Below, in pieces: positions 52,590 to 61,378 of a stretch of DNA of 64,000 bases. The notes under the pieces were generated by a model. That model did no database searches, was not told the origin of the DNA, and was given only the letters and a program-made list of their open reading frames with translations. The DNA is taken from positions 2,720,001 to 2,784,000 of the forward strand of contig CAVVPN010000003.1 in the NCBI GenBank assembly GCA_963750165.1, in the 5' to 3' direction. Source of the DNA: an uncultured Gemmataceae bacterium. Lineage in GTDB: Bacteria; Planctomycetota; Planctomycetia; Gemmatales; Gemmataceae. Both the position numbers and the translations under genes were made by a program. Each line of letters begins with the position of its first letter. Positions within the stretch are counted from its first letter, which is position 1.

Positions 52590-52789
52590 GTTACGCCTCC
52601 AACTCCTGGCCGTGACAAAAATAGCGGTGGGTGAAGTGAGACGAGAAGCTGCCTTCCCTGACAATTGTTATAGCATATGCCGGCGCACAAAACGGCGTGG
52701 TTTTTCTTGACTTCGCCCGGAGTTTCCGCGACGCTGAGCGCTCGGCAACCTGTTTCACCACTGTGGCATTCATGACGAGGGGGACCAAG

Positions 52790-53500
52790 ATGGTGCGGAA
52801 CGTGACGTGCTGGACGGCGGCGCTGGCCAGCGTGGCGGCGCTGGGGCTGACGCTGGGTCTGGCGGCGGCGCCGGCCCAGAACAAGGCGATCATGCCGTTC
52901 AACGGCAAGGATCTGACGGGCTGGAAATTCAAGGGCAACAAGGACAAGAGCAAGTGGATGGTCGGCAAGGCCAAATTAGACGAGAAGGCCCCGAACAAGC
53001 TGGCGGTGATGCCCTTCGTGCCCGGCGACCTCGTCAACGCGGCCGGCGGCGTGGACCTGTACACCGAGCAGAAGTTCGGCGACGGCGTCTTCGAGGTCGA
53101 GTTCATGGTGCCCAGGGGCTCGAACTCGGGCATCTATCTCATGGGCGAGTACGAGGTGCAGATCCTCGACAGCTTCGGCCGCAAAAAGGTCGGTCCCGGC
53201 GACCTGGGCGGCCTGTACAACGCCGCCGCTCCGAAGGTCAACGCGGCGAAGGCCCCCGGCGAATGGCAGAAGTTCGTCATTGACTTCCAGGCGCCGCGCT
53301 TCCAGGACGGCAAGAAGCTCAGCAACGCGAAGTTCGTGAAGGTGACACTCAACGACCAGGTGATTCACGAGAACGTCGAGATGAAGGGGCCGACGCCGGG
53401 CGGCCTGACCGGCAAGGAGGCAGCGACCGGGCCGCTGATGTTCCAGGGCGATCACGGGCCCGTCGTCTTCCGCACGATCCGGATCACGCCGAAGAAGTGA
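52790..53500 (+). CDS. DUF1080 (3-keto-disaccharide hydrolase-like) secreted protein
   Basis: Signal peptide; FNGKDLTGW, NSGIY, YEVQILD, GEWQ, FQGDHGPV.FR.I. Confidence 0.9.
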   Translation: MVRNVTCWTAALASVAALGLTLGLAAAPAQNKAIMPFNGKDLTGWKFKGNKDKSKWMVGKAKLDEKAPNKLAVMPFVPGDLVNAAGGVDLYTEQKFGDGVFEVEFMVPRGSNSGIYLMGEYEVQILDSFGRKKVGPGDLGGLYNAAAPKVNAAKAPGEWQKFVIDFQAPRFQDGKKLSNAKFVKVTLNDQVIHENVEMKGPTPGGLTGKEAATGPLMFQGDHGPVVFRTIRITPKK

Positions 53501-53510
53501 AGGTTTTTTC

Positions 53511-53567
53511 CGTGGTGCAGGCGGCCCGGCTGCACGCCAGCTGTACAGGCGGGCCGCCTGCACGACG
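53511..53567. repeat. Degenerate REP-like inverted repeat
   Basis: CGTGGTGCAGGCGGCCCGGCTGCAC versus GTACAGGCGGGCCGCCTGCACGACG (3 mismatches in 25). Confidence 0.6.
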
Positions 53568-53641
53568 ACAGAGGTGATTGCGAAGCCGCCGGCTGGGCGG
53601 TAGAGTGTTACTGGGAGAGTTGGTCCCTGCGAGGTATTGTC

Positions 53642-54616
53642 ATGTCGATGTCACTGCTGACGCTGACCTGTCTACTGCTGGTGCAGGCGCCCGCCAGCGA
53701 CCTCAAGCAGCGCGAGCGGCATCCGCTGGCGCCGAGCCTGCCGCTGCTCACCGCGAAGGAATACGAGGCCATCGACCGCGTGATCGACCGTCTCATCGCC
53801 GCCGACACCGGCAAGCTCAAGGGCGCCCAGGCGGCTCAGGCGCTCAAGGACTTTGCGGCCCTGGGGCCGGAGGCCATCCCCAGTCTGATCGAGGGCCTCA
53901 ACCACGCCGCAAACCTGCAGGACAGCTGCCCGGCGGTGCTCATCGCCAAGAAGCTCAGCCTGCTGCTGCGCGGCACCAAGGACATGCAGTTGCTGGACTA
54001 TGCGCGTGAGAACATCGGCAGTGGCGTGACGGCGAAGCGGCACACGGTGGTGCTGAAAGATCTCAAGGTGGCGTGCATGCTGCGCAAGTCGGCGCTGCAG
54101 ACGGCGGCGCTGAAGGAGAAGGGCGGGCTGGGCGGCCAGAAGCAGACGCAGCGCATGTCCACGGTGGAGCTACTGGCGGCGGCGGGCGCGGATCGCGGGC
54201 CGCGGTTGCAGGCGGTGCTGACGGAACTGGAGAAGCGGAGCGATCCGAAGGTGCTGCCGACACTGGCGCTGGCCGCAACCAGTTCCGAGGAGGAGACGAA
54301 AAAGCTGGGCCAAACCCTGCTGATCCGCCACCTCGGTCGGTGGAAAAGCGACGCCGTCAAGAAGCGCCTGGCAGATGAGAACAGTGCGGTTCGTGCCGCG
54401 GCGGCGAAGGTGGCCGGCCTCAAGAGCTATCGCATGCAGAATCAGCTGATGGATTTGTTGACCGACGACGACCTGGACGTGCGGCAGGCGGCGCGGCAGG
54501 CGCTGGTGCAGCTGAGCAAGGGCCAGGATTTCGGTCCGGCGCGGGACGCCACGGCCGAGGCGGTGAGCGAGGCACGGCGGCAGTGGCAGGCGTGCTGGGA
54601 CAAACAGAAGAAGTAG
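53642..54616 (+). CDS. Secreted HEAT-repeat protein
   Basis: Signal-like N-terminus; LGPEAIPSLIEGL, LADENSAVRAAAA, LLTDDDLDVRQAARQAL. Confidence 0.75.
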   Translation: MSMSLLTLTCLLLVQAPASDLKQRERHPLAPSLPLLTAKEYEAIDRVIDRLIAADTGKLKGAQAAQALKDFAALGPEAIPSLIEGLNHAANLQDSCPAVLIAKKLSLLLRGTKDMQLLDYARENIGSGVTAKRHTVVLKDLKVACMLRKSALQTAALKEKGGLGGQKQTQRMSTVELLAAAGADRGPRLQAVLTELEKRSDPKVLPTLALAATSSEEETKKLGQTLLIRHLGRWKSDAVKKRLADENSAVRAAAAKVAGLKSYRMQNQLMDLLTDDDLDVRQAARQALVQLSKGQDFGPARDATAEAVSEARRQWQACWDKQKK

Positions 54617-54632
54617 CTGCACCTGGGTGCTC

Positions 54633-55628
54633 ATGACACCGGTAGTGATGATCGCGGGCGACGGCATCGGCCCCGAGGTGATGGCGGCGACGCGGACCGT
54701 GGTCGGCGCCGCCGGCGCTCGCATCGACTGGGTGGAGGCGCACGCCGGCCTCGGTGCCGTGGAGCGCTACGGCGACCCGCTGCCGGCCGCCACGCTCGAA
54801 CTGATCCGCAAACACCGTGTCGCCCTCAAGGGCCCGTGTACCACCCCCATCGGTAAGGGTTACCGTTCCATCAACGTCCGGCTGCGGCAGGGCCTCGAAC
54901 TGTACGCCAGCGTGCGGCCGGTGCGGACGCTGCCCGGCGTTCAGCTGCCGTACAGCAACGTCAACCTCGTTGTGGTCCGCGAGAACACCGAGGGGCTGTA
55001 CTCCGGCCTCGAACACGTCGTCGTGCCGGGCGTCATCGAGAGTTTGCGGCTCATCACGAAGCACGCGGCGGAGCGGATCGTGCGCTTCGCCTTCGAGCTG
55101 GCCCGGCAGCAGGGTCGGCGGCGCGTGACCTTCTGCCACAAGGCGGACGTGTTGCCGCTGAGCGACGGCCTGTTTCTCGACACCGCCCGCGTCGTCGCGG
55201 ACGACTACCCTTTCCTGGAGTTCGAGGAACTGCACGTCGATACGCTGTGCCTGCAGCTGGCGCTGGACCCGACCGGGTTCGACGTGCTGGTGATGGAGAA
55301 TCTTTTTGGCGACGTAATCAGCGATCTGTGCGCCGGCCTGGTGGGCGGTCTGGGGCTGGTGCCGGGCGCGAACATCGGCAGCCGCTACGCGGTGTTCGAG
55401 GCGGTGCATGGCAGCGCCCCGGACATCGCGGGTAAAGGGCTGGCGAACCCGATCGCGCTGGTGCGCTCGGCGGCGCTGCTGTTGGAGCACATTGGCCAGC
55501 TCGACGCGGGGCGGCGCATCGAGGCGTCGGTGGCGCGGACGCTGCAGACCGGCCGCGGCCTGACGCGCGACCTCGGCGGCGACGGCACCACCACGACGCT
55601 GACGCAGGAATTGATCGCAAATCTGTAA
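54633..55628 (+). CDS. Isocitrate/isopropylmalate dehydrogenase family, probable NAD-IDH catalytic-type subunit
   Basis: GDGIGPEV, SINVRLR, VRENTEGLYSG, NLFGDVISDL, FEAVHGSAPDIAGKGLANP. Confidence 0.9.
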   Translation: MTPVVMIAGDGIGPEVMAATRTVVGAAGARIDWVEAHAGLGAVERYGDPLPAATLELIRKHRVALKGPCTTPIGKGYRSINVRLRQGLELYASVRPVRTLPGVQLPYSNVNLVVVRENTEGLYSGLEHVVVPGVIESLRLITKHAAERIVRFAFELARQQGRRRVTFCHKADVLPLSDGLFLDTARVVADDYPFLEFEELHVDTLCLQLALDPTGFDVLVMENLFGDVISDLCAGLVGGLGLVPGANIGSRYAVFEAVHGSAPDIAGKGLANPIALVRSAALLLEHIGQLDAGRRIEASVARTLQTGRGLTRDLGGDGTTTTLTQELIANL

Positions 55629-55631
55629 GAA

Positions 55632-55732
55632 TTAGCCACAGAGGACACAGCGGGCACAGAGAGAAAGAAAAGAGGAGGAGGAAGCAATTCTCTTTTTTTC
55701 CTCTCTGTGTCCTCTGTGTCCTCTGTGGCTAA
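55632..55732. repeat. Long hairpin of 9-nt-period CACAGAG units
   Basis: TTAGCCACAGAGGACACAG...CTGTGTCCTCTGTGGCTAA with a purine/pyrimidine-rich interior. Confidence 0.8.
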
Positions 55733-55753
55733 ATTTGTTTTGGAGAATGCTCG

Positions 55754-56749
55754 ATGGCGCTGCGCGTGACGCTGGTACAGGGCGGCGGTGTGGGCCTGGA
55801 TCAGGCGCCGGCCGTCAAGCGCATCCTCCAGGCCGCGGGCGTGGACATTCAGTGGGACGAGTGCTTCGCCGGCAACGCCGCCGTCGAGGCCGGCCAGCCT
55901 GCGCTGTCGCCCGCACTGCTTGAGTCCGTTCGCCGAAACGGCCTGGCCCTCAAGACCAAGCTGCTCGTCGCGCCGCACAAGCAGGGCAACTACAACGTTC
56001 AGTTTCGCCGGGCGCTGGGCCTGTTCGCCTCGGTGCGGCCGCTCAAGAACCTCCGCGGTCTGACCGCCCGCTTCCAGAACGTCGATATTCTGGTGATCCG
56101 CGAGCTGACCGAGGATCTGTACACCTCCATTGAGCACGAAATTGTGCCGGGCGTCGTGCAGAGCATCAAGGTCGTCACCGAGGCCGCCTGCCGGCGCTTC
56201 TTCCAGTTTGCCTTCGAGTGGGCGTGCGCCGCCGGCCGCAAGACCATCCACTGCGTCCACAAGGCCAACATCCTCAAAATGGCCGACGGCCTCTTCCTGG
56301 AGGTCTTCCGCACCACCGCCAAAGACTTCCCCGAGCTGCAAACGCGCGAGATCATTGTGGACAACTGCTGCATGCAACTCGTGTCGAAGCCGCAGCAGTT
56401 CGACGTGATGGTGATGGGCAATCTGTACGGCGACCTGGTGAGCGATTTGGGGGCGGGCCTGGTCGGCGGCGTCAGCGCCACGGCGGGCATCAACGTTGGC
56501 GACGGCATTCGCGTTTACGAAACGTTCCACGGCGGCGACCGCGACATCATTGGCGTTGATCGCGCCAGCCCGCTGCCGCTGCTGCTGCCGGCCATCGACC
56601 TGCTCGAGGGCGTCGGCCAGAAGGAGACCGGTCAGCGCATCTGCAACGCGGTCGAGACGGTGCTGACGGCTGGAGCAGTGCGCACGCCCGACCTGGGCGG
56701 CACCGCCACCACCACCGCGTTCGCCGACGCCATCATCCAGGCTTTGTGA
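55754..56749 (+). CDS. Second IDH-family paralog with a degenerate nucleotide-binding motif
   Basis: FASVRP, IRELTEDLY, HKANILKMADGLF, IVDNCCMQLV, NLYGDLVSDL; HGGDRDII replaces HGSAPDIA. Confidence 0.87.
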   Translation: MALRVTLVQGGGVGLDQAPAVKRILQAAGVDIQWDECFAGNAAVEAGQPALSPALLESVRRNGLALKTKLLVAPHKQGNYNVQFRRALGLFASVRPLKNLRGLTARFQNVDILVIRELTEDLYTSIEHEIVPGVVQSIKVVTEAACRRFFQFAFEWACAAGRKTIHCVHKANILKMADGLFLEVFRTTAKDFPELQTREIIVDNCCMQLVSKPQQFDVMVMGNLYGDLVSDLGAGLVGGVSATAGINVGDGIRVYETFHGGDRDIIGVDRASPLPLLLPAIDLLEGVGQKETGQRICNAVETVLTAGAVRTPDLGGTATTTAFADAIIQAL

Positions 56750-56761
56750 TCGAAATGAATT

Positions 56762-56855
56762 CACCGCGGAGAACGCAGAGCGCGCGGAGAGAAGACAAAG
56801 AATGATGAATGAAACACTTTTTGTCTGTTCTCTGCGCGCTGCGTTCTCCGCGGTG
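56762..56855. repeat. Long hairpin of 9-nt-period CGCRGAG units
   Basis: CACCGCGGAGAACGCAG...CTGCGTTCTCCGCGGTG between convergent genes. Confidence 0.8.
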
Positions 56856-56872
56856 CATTGTTTGTTGCGGGC

Positions 56873-57916
56873 TCACGCCTTGACGAGGTGACGGTCCAGC
56901 CACTCCAGCACCAGCTTGCGCATGGCCGGCGTCTCCTCGTGAGCGCAGTCGTACAACTCCACGCGGCAATCGCCCTTGCGACCGTAGCGGCCGTAGAGCG
57001 GCAGCAGGTGGTCGCGGACCTGCTCGACGCCGGCCGGCGGCGTCAGGGCGTCCTTGCGGCCGTTCAGGCTCAGCCGTGGCCGCGGCACGATCAGCTCGTT
57101 CATCTGCTGCGTCTGGAAGTGCTTGAGCAGCCGCGGCACGTAGTAATATGGGCCGTGGATCTCCAGCCGGCCCGTCCGTTCGTACGCCGCCCACTCGGTC
57201 AGGCAGCACAGGTCGATGCACAACTTGACACGCGGGTCCAGCGCCGCCAGCCACTGCGCCTTGGTCGAGCCCATTGACAGCCCCAGCGTGCCGACGCGGC
57301 GCGGGTCCACCTCCGGCCGCGACAGCAGGTACGTCAGCGCCTGCACCTCGTCGAACATCATCATGCCGAACAGCACCTGACCGTGCCAGAGCATCCGCTT
57401 GAACGTGTTCAACTCGCCGGTGTGGCCGTTCAGGTGGTGCTTGCGGCTGGAGAAACACCAGCTGTCGAAGGACAACGCGACGATGCCCTTCTCGGCGTAG
57501 ACCGGCGTGTAGGCCGGCATCACCTTGCGGCCCTGCAGCAACTCTTCCTTGCCGATGGTGTGGTCGCCGAAGTGGGCGTGGATGTGCAGCACCGCCGGCG
57601 CCGCCTTCGGCCGCTTCGCCGGCAGCAACAGATACGCGGGCGCCGCCTCAATGCCGTTGAGGTCCAGTTCCAGGACTTCGAGGTTGAAGTTGGCGTGCTT
57701 CTCGGTGCGGACCAGGCGGGCGGTCGGCTTGCGGCGCTCGGGCAGGTCACCGAGCAGGCCCCAGAGTTCCTTGCGGCGCCGCTCCTGAAAGGCGGTGAAC
57801 TCCTTGGGCGTCAGCGCCGGTTGCTGCGGCGCGGCGGGGGCGGCTGGGGTTGGGGCGTGGCCCGTCGAGGCGCCCGCCAGCGCGGCGGCGCCCTGCAAGA
57901 AGGTACGGCGGTGCAT
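56873..57916 (-). CDS. Tat-exported alpha/beta hydrolase (dienelactone hydrolase-like)
   Basis: MHRRTFLQG twin-arginine signal; GLSMG nucleophile elbow; G.KD..TP; AHEE. Confidence 0.85.
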   Translation of the reverse strand: MHRRTFLQGAAALAGASTGHAPTPAAPAAPQQPALTPKEFTAFQERRRKELWGLLGDLPERRKPTARLVRTEKHANFNLEVLELDLNGIEAAPAYLLLPAKRPKAAPAVLHIHAHFGDHTIGKEELLQGRKVMPAYTPVYAEKGIVALSFDSWCFSSRKHHLNGHTGELNTFKRMLWHGQVLFGMMMFDEVQALTYLLSRPEVDPRRVGTLGLSMGSTKAQWLAALDPRVKLCIDLCCLTEWAAYERTGRLEIHGPYYYVPRLLKHFQTQQMNELIVPRPRLSLNGRKDALTPPAGVEQVRDHLLPLYGRYGRKGDCRVELYDCAHEETPAMRKLVLEWLDRHLVKA

Positions 57917-57930
57917 CGGGGGAACCTCGG

Positions 57931-58449
57931 TTAGTCGCTCTGGGTGTGCTGGCCGACGTCCGGCGGCGCCGCCTCGGCGCGGGTCAGGAACACCAGCTGG
58001 CGGTTGCACATGCGGATCTCATCGCCAGGCTTGAGCCGGGTGGGACCGTTGATCTTCTGACCGTTGAGGAAGGTGCCGTTCTTGGAAGCGATGTCGTGCA
58101 GCTCACAGTGGTCGCCCGTCAGGTGGACCAGCACAGCACAGTGGCGGCGCGAAACGTAAGCGTCCTGGAGCACAACGTCATTGTCGGGCATGCGGCCGAT
58201 GGTGTTCAGGCCGACCTTGAGCGGGTAAACGTACTCGGCGTCCATCAAAACGAAGCGGGCCAGGGGGGCGTCGCCGCCGCCCTGCTTCTGAATGGCGGTC
58301 GGACTGCCGCCGGCCAGCGCTGCGAGGTGATGCTGCTCCGCCGCGATGGTTTCGCCGCCCCGGGCGTGCAACAACTGGTCGCGCGCGGCCCGGAACTCCT
58401 GCCGTCGTGGCGATTCCAGATGCACACTGTTCAAACGCGCGTCCGACAT
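57931..58449 (-). CDS. FHA domain protein
   Basis: TIGR..DNDVVL.D..VSRRHC, SKNGTFLNG, LKPGDEI. Confidence 0.92.
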   Translation of the reverse strand: MSDARLNSVHLESPRRQEFRAARDQLLHARGGETIAAEQHHLAALAGGSPTAIQKQGGGDAPLARFVLMDAEYVYPLKVGLNTIGRMPDNDVVLQDAYVSRRHCAVLVHLTGDHCELHDIASKNGTFLNGQKINGPTRLKPGDEIRMCNRQLVFLTRAEAAPPDVGQHTQSD

Positions 58450-58572
58450 CACGGCACCACGCAACCACCTGCGGGCGCTCGCTCCTGGGTCAGCAAGGCG
58501 GTTGGAAGGGAGGGTGCAATTAACACACTTTCTAATGGTAACGCACCCCGCGGTTGAGTCAAGTAAATCCTT

Positions 58573-59700
58573 TCAGGGAACGACGTAAAAATTGCCGTCG
58601 GCGCCAAGAATGGCAGTCGGCCGATTCTGGCCCGTCTGCGGCCCAGCGACGCCGCGCTCGGTGGTCGGCGTGCCGTCCGCGCGGTAGACCGCCCAGCGCA
58701 CCTGGCCGCCTTCCGCCCACACCAGCAGCACCTGGCCCTTGATGTTGGGCAGCGCCAGCGGGAAGGACTGCCTGGCTGTCCCCTGGTCCGGCGTGGTGAT
58801 CGACTTGCCCGCGAAGGTGGCGCCGCCATCGGTCGAGAACTTCCAGTACGCGCGGTTGCGGCTCATCCAGCTGACCGTGACGCGGCCCTTGCCATCGACG
58901 TTCAGCGGGATGCCCTGCATGGGACAGTTGGCCGCCCACTTGTCCTCGCTGACGCGGACGCACTTGAAGTTGTTCTCGGTGCCCTTGCCGCGCAGCAGCC
59001 ACGGGTCGCGCAGCCCCTTGTAGCCGCCGCGGAAGGCGATGTACAGTTCGCCGCCGGGGGCCACGCGCGCTTCCAGCCGGCAGCAACCGCACGCGGCGCC
59101 GCTGGCGGGGTGATCGCTTTTGAGCAGCTCGTTTTTGCTGAAGGTCGCGCCGTTGTCGGTCGAGCGCACCCAGATGATTGGCGAAGCGACCTCGCTCTCG
59201 GGGTCGCGCAGGAAGCCAGGGAAGCCGCCGGTCCACAGGACGTAAACATTGCCGCGGCCGTCGGCGGCCAGAGCGGCGTTGTCCAGGCCGTACTGCGGCT
59301 CCTCCAGACGGCGCGGCGGTGCGAACGTGCGGCCGCCGTCGGTGCTGCGCGTGTAATAGACGCCGCCGCCCTTCTTGTAAAAGCCGTGCCAGATGACGTG
59401 AATCGCGCCGTCCTTGCCCAGCGCCAACCGCGGGCCGCGCTCCATGCCGCAGGTGACGGTGTCGGCGTCGGGGTTCAGCTTGACGGGCTTGCTGAAGGTC
59501 TTGCCGCCGTCCCGCGACTGGACGTAAAAGGCGTTGCCGGGCTGGCCGGTGCCGTAGGTCAGGTGCAGGGTGCCGCGGGCGTCCACGGCCACGTCGGGCA
59601 CCTGACCGCGGTTGGGGGCACGCACGACGCGCACGTCGGCGCGGGCGAGGGCCGGTAGCCAGGCGGCGGCGAGCAGGGTCAGGACAAGGGTGCGAGGCAT
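58573..59700 (-). CDS. Secreted BNR/Asp-box (sialidase-like) beta-propeller protein
   Basis: Signal peptide; repeated SxDGGxTF; CGCCR and NCPMQG motifs. Confidence 0.85.
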   Translation of the reverse strand: MPRTLVLTLLAAAWLPALARADVRVVRAPNRGQVPDVAVDARGTLHLTYGTGQPGNAFYVQSRDGGKTFSKPVKLNPDADTVTCGMERGPRLALGKDGAIHVIWHGFYKKGGGVYYTRSTDGGRTFAPPRRLEEPQYGLDNAALAADGRGNVYVLWTGGFPGFLRDPESEVASPIIWVRSTDNGATFSKNELLKSDHPASGAACGCCRLEARVAPGGELYIAFRGGYKGLRDPWLLRGKGTENNFKCVRVSEDKWAANCPMQGIPLNVDGKGRVTVSWMSRNRAYWKFSTDGGATFAGKSITTPDQGTARQSFPLALPNIKGQVLLVWAEGGQVRWAVYRADGTPTTERGVAGPQTGQNRPTAILGADGNFYVVP

Positions 59701-59876
59701 GTCGATCTCCGGGAGAAGGCGGTGGCGGGCTGGCGATTCGGGTCGTCCTTGTTTCAGCATTATAACGCACCGGCGCGCCGTTCGTCTCCTGGTAAATGAG
59801 TGGCGGTGGCGCTGCACGACCAGTGGCGGCCCGGGTACAATGACTCCGCCCAGCTGGACCAACGACCGGAGTGCCG

Positions 59877-60330
59877 GTGAGCGAAGCGCGACCATTTCAC
59901 CGCCTGTTCGGCCTGTCCTGGATCGACTTTTTCCAGGGCACGACTGTCACCGTGGAAACCGAGAAGGATCTGTCGCTCAGGCGGCAGCTCGTCGATCTGG
60001 TGATCCTCCACAAGGGCCCCCGGCCGATCCCGCGGCGGCTGCCGGACGGCTTCGAGGACCTGGCGATGCACAACCTGGTGACGTTCAAATCCTTCCAGGA
60101 GGCGCTCGACGCCTGGGCGCTGCTCGAACTGGAGCAGTTCACAGTCGCGTGGACCACGAATGGCAGGCCGGCGCTGGCAGGGCGCCGAATCTCGACATGC
60201 AAAAAAGTTGGCGTTCTTGGCGTTCTTGGCGTCCTTGCTGTGGCATTGCAGGCCGCTGAAGGTCAGGCCCTGCCCGCCGTCTCACCCGTGCGCGATCCGC
60301 GTGCGAACCGCGCTAATCGGCCACTACGTC
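59877..60330 (+). pseudogene. Remnant of a conserved hypothetical (PD-(D/E)XK/Rpn-like) gene interrupted by a MITE
   Basis: HRLFGL...QLVDLVIL...LPDGF...HNLVTFKS.QEALDAWALLEL breaks at 60131; LIGHYV resumes at 60313 in another frame; no further homology evident. Confidence 0.6.
60132..60313. mobile_element. Degenerate MITE with GAGCRGTTC-type ends
   Basis: Left end (60129 CTGGAGCAGTTCACAGTCGCGTGGAC) matches the reverse complement of the 51630-51655 end (CTAGAGCGGTTCCCAGTCGCGTGGAC); right end GAACCGCGC-TA. Confidence 0.65.
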
Positions 60331-60396
60331 TCAAGACCAACGGCTCGTCCGACAAGCCGCAGTGAACGCGGGCTCCAGGCGCTGGTCGTCGGCTCA

Positions 60397-60532
60397 GTGA
60401 CTATCCCATATGCAAACTGTTGTTCACCTGTATGGCCGCTCAGGCAACTCCGTTAGGGGCGATTTTCCTTGAGATTTTCAGCCCTTGTGTTAGTGGCTAA
60501 TGTGAACGCTTGTCCGTATATGGGATAGTCAC
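60397..60532. mobile_element. 136-bp MITE with 15-bp perfect TIRs and a TCA target duplication
   Basis: GTGACTATCCCATAT...ATATGGGATAGTCAC flanked by TCA (60394-96, 60533-35); AT-rich interior. Confidence 0.8.
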
Positions 60533-61227
60533 TCACTCCGCCGGCGTGTCCGGTTGCACGTGGTCGTCGTCGTCGCGCCGGCGCCGTTCGCCAGACGGCC
60601 GGTGGTGACGGTCGCCCCATTTGTCCAGCGCCCCTCGACGCGCGGCAGTGGCCGGTCACCGCGCGGCAGCGAACGGTCGAGTTGCGCTTGCTGCCAGGCC
60701 TCCGGCGTCAGCGCGTCTGCCGGCAACCGCCGCGCACACTCCGCCACGAAGCGCGCCGCCCCCGGCACCAGCTTGTGGACGCGGAACTTGTAGCCGTCAA
60801 TCGCGTGCAGCACATACCACGCGTTCCCGAGGCTGTACGACACCTCTTCCAGCTCGTCCCAGGCGACGTACTCGGTGCCGCGCCACGGCGAGCGGCACGC
60901 CAACCCTTCATCGTCCGCGACCAGCCGGAAGCGCAGCGACTCCCACAGCAGCGGCGCGGCCAGAAAGGCGAACAGCGCGTAAATGCCGATGATGGCCGCC
61001 ACGTCGCCGTTGTCCTTCGGCGGCTGGAAGAACATCAGCACGGTGATGCCGAGCGGGATGACGAACGCCGAGAAAATGGCGAAGCCGCGCGTCCACCAGC
61101 TGTGTTTCAGGACCATCGCCCCTGGCGCGTCCTCCGCCGGCAGCCGGCCGAGCATGGCCAACCACGCCATCAGGCCGAAGCCGCCGAGCACCGCCACGGG
61201 GATGAGAAAGAGTAAACCCCAGTCCAC
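60533..61227 (-). CDS. Membrane protein with a bacterial PH-like domain; probable -1 frameshift near 60642
   Basis: Three TM segments, then ADDEGL..RSPWR....VAWDELEEV; adding one G gives the tail ...RRRRDDDDHVQPDTPAE-TGA ending at 60533. Confidence 0.6.
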
Positions 61228-61378
61228 AACGCACCCAACCTTTGCTTGAGCCGCCACGGGATGGCGTCAGTGTAGCGGGTCGCCGGAACCCCTGGCCAGA
61301 CGAACCCAGTATAAAGAATAATACAGGCCCTGCTATGGTTCCGCGGGGCAACGTCGGTCGGGAGGAGGGGGGCCCCCC

